In this document: piece after piece, positions 1-13,190 of the stretch
Layout: each line of letters starts with the position of its first letter
How positions within the stretch are numbered: position 1 is the stretch's first letter
Origin: Eledone cirrhosa
Lineage: Eukaryota
Assembly: GCA_964016885.1 (NCBI GenBank)
Contig: OZ024740.1
Coordinates: 387,376,001-387,440,000, forward strand
Direction of reading: 5' to 3'
Length of the DNA: 64,000 nt
Translations under genes and position numbers: made by a program
Notes under the pieces: model-generated
What the model was told of the DNA's origin: nothing
Seen by the model: only the letters and a program-made list of their open reading frames with translations
The model's database searches: none

Positions 1-653
1 ACATTACTGGTACTTTATTTTATCGACCCCGTAAGGATGAAAGGCAAAGTTAACCTTGGCGGGATTTGAACTCAAATCATAAAGGGACGTAACTCTATAC
101 ATCAAAGCCTGGCGTCCAACCCTCTACTGATACTGCGAATCCACCGCCCCTACTAAAAATAATAATGATTTCTACTATAAGCACAAGGCTAGTTTTGGGG
201 TGGAGGGGAAAGTCGATTAAATCGACCCAAGTTCATTACTGGTACTTTATTTTATCGATCCTGAAACGATGAAAGTCAAAGCTAACCTTGGCGAGATTTG
301 AACTTAGAACGTAAAGGGCCATAACTCTATGCTGCAAAGCATGACCAGTATTCCAGTAGTTCGATCAATGGAATAGCCTACTAGTAAAATTTATGTATGA
401 GTGGCTGAGCATTCCCCAGACATGTGTAGCCCTAACGTAATTCTCAGGAAGATTCAACAGGACTGTATTTACAGGTATAACTCATTGTTTCCAGCTGAGC
501 AATGTGAAAAAAAGTGTCTTGCTCAAAGACACAACACATGGTTAGGAATCGAACTCACTACCTTACGATCATGATATGAATACTTTTAACCACTAAGCTA
601 TGTACCTTCACCAACCAGTTAGCTAACTAACTAAACTTTCTTGGTTGTTGCAG

Positions 654-769
654 TTGTCTACCCTTGCAATGGTCTTCGTTGTTGGAAATGTATTTCAGAG
701 AATTGTCATCAACTTGACTCTAATGTTGAAGCTATGCCAGTGATTTGTAAAGAAGGACAGTCATGCTTA
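654..769 (+). CDS. Ly6/uPAR (three-finger, quiver/sleepless-like) protein, internal coding exon
   Basis: Acceptor ttgttgcag|654, donor 769|gtaaga. Phase 1 to 0. Encodes VYPCNGLRCWKCISENCHQLDSNVEAMPVICKEGQSCL, with the LxCxxC start typical of LU domains. The signal-peptide exon is presumably upstream of the window. Confidence 0.85.
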
Positions 770-1883
770 GTAAGATGTTTACTGCATATCATTGTTCACT
801 GCTTATCATTTTTATTTTTATTTTTTCTAGTTAAATTCATTAATACGGAGGTTCTGCATATACATACAACTATTAAGAATTCAGAAAGGAATAATAAGTT
901 AGTTTCCTGTTAGAGAGAGCTGAGATCAGAGATTTGGGACAGGATACTTCATCTGATGAGAGATATGTCAAAAACTTTAGATCTCTTCTTTTCCTCATAG
1001 CAAACTAACTTTTACTTTCGGCAACACTATACCTGATACCCCCCCATTCATGCATCTATTCACTTTCCTGACATTTATACATTACCCTATGTACTATGCA
1101 TGCACCTTCGATAAGTTGTAGTGCACCTGAGCACTGTACACAATAACTTTCATTATTATTATAACTTTGCCTTTCATCCTTACGGGGTCGATAAAATAAA
1201 GTACCAGTAATACACTGGGTAATTGCTGGCCTTGTGCCAAAAGTAGAAACAATTATTATTATTATTACTTAGTGAACATTTTGTATGGCTATTTGCTAAC
1301 ACAGATAATCACTTGTTTCTTTGGTTTTTATTAACCTTTTTTTAATGTTTAGTCAGGGAGAGAAGGGCAGTGCCATCATCTTGTTTCTGAGACGGTCCGG
1401 GGGGGGGGGGGGGGGGCTGCGGCCTAATGGGATGGTGTGGGGTGGTTGAGATGAAATAATAGTATATTAAATATGAAATCATACATATTATATATAAATA
1501 TAGTAAAATAAAAAATATATAATATTTATTTATACATAGTATATATTGTATTATTTATTATATATAAATTAACAATTTTATTTTTTATATATTATTTACA
1601 ATTTACGTGTAAGTAGGTATCTCTGGAAATAGGGGGGAGGGGGCACTGAGGGTATTATGTGGGTGTGAGGGGGGCGGTGGCCCCAAAAGTTTGAGAACCT
1701 CTGATCTAGATAGATTATCACATTCAGAGGCTAGACAGTTCAGATGACTACGTCTCACTCACACATTCCATTTTGGCATGGTTTCTCTGACTAGGTATCT
1801 TTTCTAACACCAACCATTTAACTAATTAGATGATAATGATGATGATGAAGATTTATCTCTCCTTTCTTTCTTTTTTTTTCCAG

Positions 1884-2150
1884 AAAGTTATATATCAACT
1901 TGGACGAATATTCCCTCGATACAAATCAATTGTTCGATCCTGCTCAGCTGGAATATGCACATCACACACCACAGAAGAATTCCATAACTGTTCATCTAAT
2001 CCACGCAAATACAATGTTACTGGTTGCTTCCTCCGCACCTGTTGTAATGACAAAGACTTTTGTAATAGTAGCAGTATTGTCAGCAGTTATCCGGGGATCT
2101 ATGCAGGAATAATGCCAGCTTTTTTCTTCTCATTCTTTTTATCATATTAG
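1884..2150 (+). CDS. Ly6/uPAR three-finger protein, terminal coding exon with GPI-anchor signal
   Basis: Long pyrimidine tract plus cag|1884, phase 0, in frame with the previous exon. Encodes KVIYQ...VRSC...C...C...C...RTCCNDKDFCN (LU C-terminal CCxxxxxCN), then small residues SSS and a hydrophobic tail (GIMPAFFFSFFLSY*). Confidence 0.88.
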   Translation, partial: KVIYQLGRIFPRYKSIVRSCSAGICTSHTTEEFHNCSSNPRKYNVTGCFLRTCCNDKDFCNSSSIVSSYPGIYAGIMPAFFFSFFLSY

Positions 2151-2945
2151 CTCTTTAGAATAACATTGGATGGTAAGTCTAGCATGGCACCAGGTATAAC
2201 ATTTGTACCAGGTTCTCAGGTGCGATTTGTGAAATTCATGATGCGGATTACATACTTAATGCAGGGCATCAACTACATAAAGCTCCCTAATCTGTGAGGA
2301 CCAGGCAGGTAAGGATATCTAGGAGGTACTGCTTCTTTCATGACTAATTTATAAAAATAAAATATGTTCCATCATCATCCTTCACCCTAGCTGGTTGGAA
2401 CTCTCTTAACAATTCCTCTCCATACCGTATGATCTAGCATTGCTGTCCCCAGTTCTCCGAGGTGTATTTTCGAATCTCATGAGAAAGTCTATGGATAAAT
2501 CATTTTTTAACAATGGGCTCTTCCATAGGGGAAGTGATGAAATTACTTCCCTGTCCAATGTGGCTGAAAGTTCTCAGAAAGTCTGAAACATGATATTTAA
2601 TTCAAAATTATATCTCATATCACTTCAATGACTTATGAAAAGAAAACAACTTCTTATCTTCCCTATTGTTATCAAGCTGGAGTAATTCAAAGTGTTTCTA
2701 TTTCCTGATGGATCTTATTTTTATTGAGGGATAGAAGTTAACCACATACAAAAAGTATTGAAACCTTCACTTGTCAATTTGATACAATAATCACATTACC
2801 ACATTACAGTAAGGGTCTGTTGGCTTACCGTTTGGATTTAGAGTATCCTATAAAAATACAAGAGCAAAATAACATTAGGACCATATAAAATCCCTACCCT
2901 AGAAACATGTGGAACTTTTAAATGTCACTTTTGATTTTGCATATA

Positions 2946-3110
2946 GGTGCAGGCATGGCTGTGTGGTTAGGGAATTCATCTTGCAACCATATGGTTTAAA
3001 ACTCAATCCCATTGTGTGGCATCTTGGACAAGTGTTTTCTACTATATCTTCAAATTAACATATGCCATTTGAGGGTAATTTGATAAACGAAAATCATGTA
3101 GAAGCCTATC
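2946..3110 (+). mobile_element. tRNA-derived SINE family C, representative
   Basis: Head GGTGCAGGCATGGCTGTGTGGTTA.G (A-box). Copies at ~30000-30085(-), 37337-37465(+), 47775-47920(+), 51095-51200(+). Confidence 0.65.
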
Positions 3111-3805
3111 ATATATATAATTCTATAGAGCTCTGATTAATAATTATTTGCTAATTAATTTTTTCATAGAGCCATACCGTGGAAGGTAGCCACACTCATA
3201 TATGTATCTGTGACTATGTCTAAATATATACATATATATCCTTATGAATTTATTCTATACTCCCTTTCGGTTGAGTAAACCTTAGGCGGTAACTAACTGC
3301 TCCTCTAGCAGTGAACCTACTCGCCATCCAGCCTATCCTTCACACCCTTCTACTTTGACTGCTGGCTACGTGATGCTTCTAACTCCGTTTGAATTCATTT
3401 CTGGCGGCGATCACTTTATAAATTTTAGTCCTAACTGAGGGAGTCTCTTGAGAAGCCTCATGGATAATACCAGGATTGTACATATCCACAAAGTACAAGC
3501 GAAATTATCGATAGTCGGGACTAGAAGAACTTTGGTAAAGTTTATATACATTTTTTCTACAAACTTGCATTTTCGACTTAGCTCCGTTTAATTGATTATT
3601 TGTCTAGTTAATTTCTACGGGCTAAGAGGAAAGACTAGGTAAATTTTATCTGACTGTTCCTCACAGAGGATAGTCTGTGACATTTATCTGTTATTTCTTC
3701 AAAGTTAGATTTTAAACTTAGCTCCGTTTAAATGATTATTTATCTAGTTAATTTCTGCGGACTAAAAATTGGATATATTTTGTCTGACTGTTCTTCAAAC
3801 TTATA

Positions 3806-3845
<40 letters not shown>

Positions 3846-4414
3846 TAGATAGATACATATATATATATATATATAGTAATAATAATAAATGTGAAGACTA
3901 AAATCCGAAGAGGGTTTGTTAAGGGTGAAAGCAACGATTCTTTGCTTAAACTTTAATCTATTATTTTAATATCATCATCATCATCATCGTTTAACGTCTA
4001 TCTTCCACGTTAGCATGGAAAGAGAGACGAACATAGATATATATTATGTGTTCAAATCACAAGGGATAGAAACCGCCAAGGTGAATAAAATATTGACTAA
4101 AGATAGTATGGTTCACAGAACTCAATTAAAAGGATAAATCAAGATATACGAACCTACTATGATAACTATCAATATCCTGACACCTTTCGGGTAGAAAGTT
4201 ACTGGTTCAATGCTTTTCAATGGATGTTTCCAACCAATATACCCCTCACTACTGAATTTCTTAGAAGACTAAATAATGCACATGTGTTAAGAGAAAAAGC
4301 ACATGGTTATCTCATGCCAGGCGGGTCAAATAGGACCTAAGGCCACTAAAAAATAACAGCCAGGACCATTTAATATATTAAAAGCTCAACAAAAGCATAG
4401 GAGCTCAATTTATC

Positions 4415-4609
4415 AAAAATATATATTGAGTTAAAATTCACAATAGTCCCTTATAATCAAATCAGCTCAAAGAAAAAATTTTCTGACCCTTATAACACAT
4501 ATATATGTGTTCACCTCTCTTTACTGTGTTATAAGGCTCGAAAAATGTTTTCCTTGAGCTAATTTGATTATAAGGGACTATTGTGAGTTTTTAACTCGAT
4601 ATATATTTT
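4415..4609. repeat. Imperfect inverted repeat, ~85-bp arms, ~25-nt spacer
   Basis: cacaatagtcccttataatcaaat.agctcaa (left) pairs with ttgagct.atttgattataagggactattgtg (right). Confidence 0.88.
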
Positions 4610-4644
4610 ATATATATATATATATATATAACAAGATACTGGGT

Positions 4645-4976
4645 TGTATAAGTATAACAAGGAGAAGTGGTTTGTGTGTATAATATTTAATTAACAATTT
4701 GTGGATATATAGAACAGTATAGTTGACATGTCAATGAATAGATGAGAGAATGAAACAAAGTTATTAGTTACCGCTTGGTTGCCAGGTGCACGTGCCTGAG
4801 CGAAGACTCCTGGCGAAGGCCAGGAGCCGAAAAGGCGAATGAGAGAGAGAGAACATAAAGTTGTTAGTTTTATAGGGTTCTGATCGGAAGTTACAGAAAG
4901 GGTTCTACTTCCTGTCTAGAGAGCGTTAATCTATTTGGGATGTGAGTGTCACAACAAGGGAGGCAACTCCTGCTAC
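4645..4976 (-). mobile_element. Possible solo LTR
   Basis: TGTA...TACA termini. Minus-strand TATAAAA (~4868-4874) upstream of ATTAAA (~4686-4691). GC-richer than the flanks and set between (TA)n tracts. No TSD seen. Confidence 0.35.
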
Positions 4977-5451
4977 ATATATATATATAACAACAAGAAA
5001 GATGAACTAACTTGCCTCAACATTTAATTTTAAATCGTTAATTTTTATTCTTTTTAATTGTAATACTCAACATTTGATAAGATGGATTTCACTGATACGT
5101 CGAAACCGGTTATATCTTATATATTTTATATACATTATAAAACTCTTTTTCAAAAGAATTGTCACTCTCATTTTTTCAATAATTGTTTCTACTTTTGGCA
5201 CAAAGCCAGCAATTACCCAGTACATTACTGGTACTTTATTTTATCGACCCCGTAAGGATGAAAGGCAAAGTTAACCTCGGCGGGATTTGAACTCAGACTG
5301 TAAAGGGACGTAACTATGCTGGAAAGCATGGCGTCCGACTCTACTGATACTGCCAATCCACCGGTCACTTCGACGAATCAAAGAAGGAAAAAAATGAAAA
5401 CCAGATCCTTAAATATATTTTCTGTGCTATTTCCAATTTCATCTCTCTCTC

Positions 5452-5482
<31 letters not shown>

Positions 5483-8400
5483 GAGGGTGTTGTAGTTAGC
5501 TTGACGCATTGTGTGTAGTAAAGTGTATAAAGTAGTGTGTTATTCGAAGGCTAAAGAAAGGTGGCAAAGCTACTCTATTACAATAGAAGTACAAAGCTTT
5601 AAACCAGCTCCTTATTGTAATCTTCTGATGAAGGGATTTTAGTCCCGACATATTAGAACAGTCAGTAGGCACCTCTAACAAAAATACACCCCGGCCCCAC
5701 TACCCCCACCCCATCCACACCAGTATGATTGGATCCATATTATGAGGAAGACTCAGTATTGGCGATATCAACTTTAAAATGATACAATGACACACACGCA
5801 CACAACATTAAGCAAAAGATAAACAATAAAGCCAAATTTCAAACAATTTTTTTTATTACAGAAACTTTTATACAATTAATTAGTAAGTTGTGTTAATTTC
5901 TTTTAATTAATTTCTACATCAAAATTATTATTTCAAAAATAGTACGTCATATCTTAGACAAATAAAACTCATTTAAAAGTCTATTTTGGAAATCACCGAG
6001 AAAAATAACTAAAAATTTAATTAGAAAATAAACGTTATTTTTACCAAAATTTCAAATGTTTTAATTGTGAATCTGTTATATTTACAAATTTATTTATTTT
6101 GCATTTAAAAATAGACAGTCCCAAGATGAAAAACCTTCTGAAAATAGTGGTTCATGAAGAGAACATGAATATGAATACACATTTATATTGATGAGAGCTT
6201 CTAAAGAACAATTTAAATCCCTTGCTTAGGTGCAGAAATTATTTGAGAGTCACAGCTGGTCCTACAAATCAGAATGGACCTCCATCGGTTTTTGATGAGG
6301 AGCGTCCCAATTATTTGATCAACAGAACAGTATGATAATGAAATTAATGTATAAGTGCCTGAGCATCCCACAGACGTGTACTTTTAATATAATTCTCAGG
6401 GAGATTTAGTGTGAAAATGTTGGCCCTTTGAATTACAGGTACAGTCCATTTGACTGGCTTCAAAACAGTTTCCATCTATCAATTTCTCTCAAGATGACAT
6501 GCAGTAGGATCGAACCCAAGACTTAATGATTGCAAAGCAAACTTCTTAACCATTTGGCCATGCTGGTCGAGTCATTAGCTCATTGACCAGTAGTGGTATT
6601 ATGCTCCTAACAAAGACATGTGAATCATTGTAACCCATCTTACTACAAATACATATCTTGGCTACACTCGGTTCACTGATGTGAGTAGCATGTTCACTGT
6701 ATAATTGGTTGGATATTTCATTAACATGCAGAGTTAAACTGAAATATTCCCATGAGCAAAATAATCTCAGGAAGGTGGTGCAGTGACGGAATTAATTTCA
6801 TCTGATATATCTATCTATACACATACATATATCATCATTATCACCATCATATATAAGAAAAGCCAACAGGAAAAAAAATGACTTGATATAGTTAGAAATG
6901 TGTTTTAACGTTTTGAAAGCTAGTCCTTCAGAGCCTTCTTGAGAGAGACAAGGGGAGATTTGGGGGTGAGAAGAAAAATGATGTGTTGTTGTTAGTCAGC
7001 CATATATATATCTTGATGTGAACTATAAAATCACATTCAGCTTTGAAATATTCTTTGCCTTTATATGGTAGTATTATCAACTCATCTAAACACACACACA
7101 TATATATATATATTCCCACCCCACTAAAAATAAACATGGCTTCATGAGCAAAAGCAATTCATTTTCAATACATATTTGTGTGTAAAATGAGTATACGTAC
7201 GTATTTAGTGTACTTTTCAGGGAGATTCAGTGTTGACAAAGTAAGTGACAAGGCTGGCCCTTTGAATTACAGGTACAACTCAATTTTGCCAGCTGAGTAG
7301 ACTTGAACAACATGAAATAAATATCTTGCTCAAGGACATAACGTGCTGCCGAGAATTGAACTTACAATTGTGAGCTGCACACCCTAACCACTAAGCCACA
7401 TGCTTTCATTGAGCTGTCTGTAGGAACCTTTATATGCCAACAAGCCCTTTCTCATAAGCAAATCAGCTAAGAAATCAATAGGTCTAAAGTAAACTAGAAA
7501 GGACCAATATTTTAGCAAGAAATGATAAAGAAATTTATTGATTTCTGGGAAGTGGCCAATGTTGATATACAGAGAAATTGTAGGTAAAAACTCTGCACTA
7601 AATCTAAAATATGAGTGCACAAGAGATGCAGTAGGACCACAGGTATGTGGACAGAGAAAGATTAACATACAATTAATTAGTAAGAGCACCTAAGACATTT
7701 TTTCGAAGTATTTGACATGTTACATAAATGACCCAATCAACTATGGAGGCAACTGATCTGCTCCATAGTTACTAAGTTTCTTTTACTTCTATTGGTAACA
7801 AAAGGATTCTCTCTATACACAAAGAGAAGATTGTATGATGTATATGTACAAAGTCAGTTTTGTATAACAAACCGTGTGCATTGAATGTGGAAGATGTGTG
7901 AAGGCTAGGAAGAAATGAGTCAGGCATGCTCTGTTGGATATGCATGAATGACAGAGCACAAATGAGCTAAGAGAAAAACTGGGTACAAGAGAAATCAGTG
8001 TGCAAGAGAGAAGACAGCTGGTACATATATGTGGTGTATATGAAGGATGACAGTTGGGCAAAGAAGTACCAAGTGATCAAAGTAGGAGTGTTTAGAAGTG
8101 GTGAATACTGATCTTAGGATGCTGAACTTCACAAAAGTGATGATATTAGACAACAAACAAGACACTGCATTGAAGAACTGTTCATCCATGTAAAAAATGG
8201 AAACATAACATAATTAGCGAACAAGTATATATCCAATTTTTGTTTTTGTCTTAGTTCTTTAACACCCAGTTTCCCCATCATACTATTGGTTTGGTGATAT
8301 TCTTTAAATATTCATTGAAAATGTGGAGCAAGACTTCTATTTCAATGTCCTTCCAAATTCTAGTCATACAACTGCAAAAAAAGCTTTTTTCAGCTGCTCA

Positions 8401-11400
8401 ATGAATCATCTGTTCTTAACCATTTTGTTACCATATTTCTAATAAAGACACAACCTATGATTTTCAAATAATTTTGAATATAAAAAATTTGGAAAGATTT
8501 AGTAATATAACTTTCTCATTATTAAGTTGTGTTTGGAACATAACTTAATATAGGTTCTTATATGAAATTATAATGGAAAGTTTTTAGATAAATATAATCA
8601 CTTTATAATAAAGTTTTGTATGGTAGAAACTGGGGCAGCTTGGTATCAAAATGATTAAACATTGTTAAGTCCATTAGTAAATTCAACGTTTGTTTTATGA
8701 TTAATGAAATTCAAAGAGAATTATACAATTCAGAGTTAACTCAGTTGCTTAGGTGGTCAGTGAATAATGTTATTGAAAAAAACTAAAACCCACAAATCAC
8801 CATTTGATATAAAACCATTCATATTTATATAATTCTAAGCTGTTTAATTTAAAGCATTTATATTTATCTAAAAACTTATCACCACAATTATATGTAAGAA
8901 CCTTTACGTTCCAAATACCAGCTTTCTAATGAGAAAGTTAGTTATATTAGTAAATCACTCAAAATACTTGATTATTTTCATAATTATTTGGTAATCATAG
9001 GCAGTCTTTTATTAGAAATATTGGTGAAAAATCATACTTAACTTTCAATTAAATAAATATATGGCTGGCCTTTTTCTTTTGTAATTGCATTACTAATTAA
9101 TATAATTCCCTGGCACTATTAATTTTCTTCTTCTGGTGAACATTTGTATGTAGCGAGCAGGTTTTTGTAGGGTAGATTATCTTAATGCTGATGGCAACTA
9201 AGAATTCAGAGACGTGAAGAGTTGTCCCCCTTGCTTGCTCGTTCGGAATTTAGCTATCAACTTTTGTTTTTAATCACATTCAACCTTACCGTGATGATTT
9301 CTGATGCTGAAAACGTTGGTAATAATCAAACCCGCTCCTTTATTATACATACGAACATAAATAGATAATATAATATAATATAAATATATATGAGTCCCCG
9401 GTTCAAACACAGTAAGTAAATAAAGGAATCAAATGTGTGCAAGAAAGAAGATAGCGCTGGTATGGATAACAATCAGTGGGTGAAGAAGTGCCAGCATTTC
9501 AATATAAAAAATCTGTTAAAATAACCCCTAATGCTCACAAGGTTGAAAAAAATGAGGGTGGGTGGGCGGCATCTAGATAAAGCTAACAAGATCTTTTTAT
9601 TTTCAGACAAAATCAAAATGTTTACTATTTGAAATTTCTTGATCAAACTTAATTTAATCCTTTGATTATCATATTTCTCATAAAATACACTATATGATTT
9701 TGAAATAATTTTGAAAATAAAAATTTGAAGGGATGTACTGATATAACTGATCTTCTCATTATTAAGATGGTGTTTGTAACAACATAACAAAAATTCTTAC
9801 ATATGATTATAATGGAAAGTTTTTAGATAGCTATGAGCACTTTAGAACACAGATTAGTATTACAGAACCAGGAACGGTTTCAGGCAGTTTAGTATCAAAA
9901 TGTTTAAAACAAATCATCATTATTTTGTAGATGACAGTCTCATTGGTTACTGGTTTCCAATAGGCCAATTACTGGTTCACTACACTAATTATAGTAGTGA
10001 ATATAACAAATATTTTCATTTGAAAACATTGGCATATCAGTTTTATTGCCAATGTTTACATATACATGCAGTTACAGTAGTAATAGGGAAGAAGCAGGGG
10101 GCAAAAAAAATCAGACGTAACTGATTATTTGTGGAGGTAAAAAAAGTGGCTAGCAAACCTTCTGGAAAAAAAAAAATCATAATAGACATGGAACAACACT
10201 AAACTTAAAACTTTTCAACATAATTTTACATAAGAACAATATTTTTTATGTTACAAATACCTTTTTAATGAAATTATAATTTTAGTAAATCCCTCCCAGA
10301 GTCTTCATTAATTAATTAAAATACAAAGCATTTCATTAGAAATACAGTAACGAAAAGGTTAAGAAAACAAGAACATTGAGCTTATAACCATATAAAAAAA
10401 AACGTTAGGTTTAAAGTTCCTAATTTCTGTTAGTTAACTGTCCTAGGTGACTGAATATTACTGTAGTTTCCTGGTAACTCTGAGTTCAACTGCTGGGATG
10501 GTCAATCAATATATATATATATACTCTGGTTTGAGTAAATTAAACCAGCAACATTGCAAATAGAATAATGAAAACGAAAATATCCTTGGTATGGAGAGTG
10601 AAAGAACATTGATTAAATAAAGGGTTTAGTTTGGTTTGAAATTTCAAGAATGTTAAATATGGCAGACAACTGAAGAAGCCTAAAATGTTGTGACTATAAT
10701 ATAATCAAATATATCAGAGCATAATGATATATATATATATTAGAAAATGTGTTTAAAATAGCATAGTATTTCAATCATTAATTAAAAGAGCACTCAATAC
10801 TGCTGGTCAGAGTATAGAAATTTATTTTCTACAAAGTGGCAGTTATATACACATATACAAGTGTGGAAAATCAGATGTAAAAAGCATCTTTATATTGATG
10901 ATATATTGTGGTCTTCCAAATTCCACTCACAAAGCATTGATCAACTCATATAGTAGATGACACTTTTTCAAAATGCCATGCAATGGGAGCAAATCCAGGA
11001 ACACACAGCTATTCCTTCGATGGGAAACAAATATATCTGTTTTCTTTTAACATTTTCTATCTCATTTAATCAACAAATTAACTCACATCTGAGACCACCC
11101 AAATTTTGACTGGTTAATGACAAATACACAATACATATATATAAGCCAACAAATCAGAGTTGCCAAAAGTGGGGGTCCATAAGACAAGGTGCCTTTTAAC
11201 TAAATTGAACCCTTTCATTATCATATTTCTAATGAAAGATACTGCCTATGATTTTCAAATAATTTAAGAAGTTGGAGAGATTTAGTAACAAACTAATTTT
11301 CTCAGTATTTATCTAGTATTTGGAACATGATTAAACATTTTTTTTTTACTACATAAAATTATGATGGAAAGTCTTTAGATAAATATAAACACTTTAAAAC

Positions 11401-12775
11401 AAACATATGTATTATAAACCAAGTTGGTATCAAAAGGGTAATTAAAAATGTTTTTTCTTTAAATGAACAAATTCTCTCCCTAAAACAATTTTTGCTTCTT
11501 CATCATCCTTTTACATCTGTTTTCGATGCTGACATGGATTGGATGGGTCATCATAGTCTAAGACTAGACAAGATTGATAAGCATATCTTGCTTATATTTT
11601 GGGAACCAGTTCAGTTATCAACACTGCATTTAATCACCAAATCATTTGTGACAGCTGAATGTTCTATAGATTAACTGACAAGATATTCCAGTAGAGACAT
11701 TTGTAATCCAATAAATGACACTTAATCAACAAATCAACTTACATCTGCTGCGACCATCTCAATTTTTGATAGGTTGATTAATGAGTTATATATTGTTGAC
11801 ATGTAAATAGGCCCACTTACAATATATAAATAATTGTTTCTACTTTTGGCACAAGGCCAGCAATTATCCCAGTGTATTACTGGTGCTTTATTTTATCGAC
11901 CCCCGTAAGGATGAAAGGCAAAGTTAACCTCGACAGGATTTGAACTCTCACTGTATATATATGATTGTTTCTACTTTTGGCACAAGGCCAGCAATTACAC
12001 AGTGCATTACTGGTACTTTATTTTATCGACCCCGTATATATATATAATGTGAATACATTAGGAACCAAATAATGAATTTAACTTCAATATAAATTTTTTT
12101 TCAATTATATACCTTTATAACCTAATAATATAGACCCCAACGGAAACACAGAAGCACTTGGTGTGCTTCTATGCAGTTACTCAACAGTTAAATCTCCTTC
12201 AAATTACCCCCTACTGTTTAAAAAACAGAAAAGACAAATTAGGTGCACCAAAGATGGATGATCACAGTTGGAATGCCTTTGGTCACAATTCTGCCTGAGT
12301 AGGGATGACTTGGGGGTTCAACAGCTATAACAACCACTCCAATGCTTTAGAAAATATTTCATATAAAAATTTATAGCCCAATAAATAATCCCAATTATTT
12401 TTAAACAAAAAATAATTTACTCCTGATGTAGTTTATAGTCAAATTATAAGAACATTTTTTTTTAAAAATAATTTTATATGATCAACAACAATAACAACCA
12501 CCCCAATACTTGAGGAAATATTTCATATAAAGATTTACAGCCCAATAAAAAAGCAACCCAATTTTAAACAAAATATCTTATTTATCCTTGATGCAGGGAG
12601 TTGCATCCTTAATAAAACCAAAGAAATTGAGACTGTCCCACATAACAAGTCCATTTCGTTCCTCTCTTGCAATAATCACTAGAACATTTGATTATGTAGA
12701 GAAATTGGACACCATATCCTGACAATCACAAAACTCATTGCATACACCCAACAACTGTGTGACAGGGTCACTAAA

Positions 12776-13190
12776 GTGGTTCTAGACTAGCACATTTCAA
12801 ACTGATAAGTACCTGCACCCCACCATAAAGGGGTGTTAGACTAGCACATCTCAAACTGACAAATACCCCCCTCCCCCGTAAAGGGTTTGTAGACTAGCAC
12901 ATCTCAAACTGATAAATACCTGTCCCCCCTCCCATAAAGGGGTTCTAGACTAGCACATCTCAAACTGACAAATACCCCCCCCCATAAAGGGGTTGTAGAC
13001 TAGCACATCTCAAATTGACAAATACCCCCCCCCCCCATAAAGGGGTTCTAGACTAGCACATCTCAAACTGACAAATACCTCCCCCCCCCGTAAAGGGGTT
13101 GTAGACTAGCACATCTCAAACTGACAAGTACCTGTCCCCCCTACCATAAAGGGGTTCTAGACTAGCACATCTCAAACTGACAAATACCTG
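12776..13190. repeat. Minisatellite, ~8 units of ~50-58 bp
   Basis: Unit GGGGTT(C/G)TAGACTAGCACATCTCAAACTGACAAATACC-(C)n-(A/G)TAAA; units differ mainly in the C-run. Confidence 0.95.

Noticed and set aside
950-985. Other CTGAnGA hits (954, 10670, 17585, 22331, 47022, 53509) as hammerheads
   Set aside because: Each lacks a properly placed GAAA box and/or stems I and II.
12776-13190. CRISPR-like repeat/spacer appearance
   Set aside because: The 'spacers' are C-runs related to each other, not unique sequences; the context is eukaryotic and there are no cas genes.
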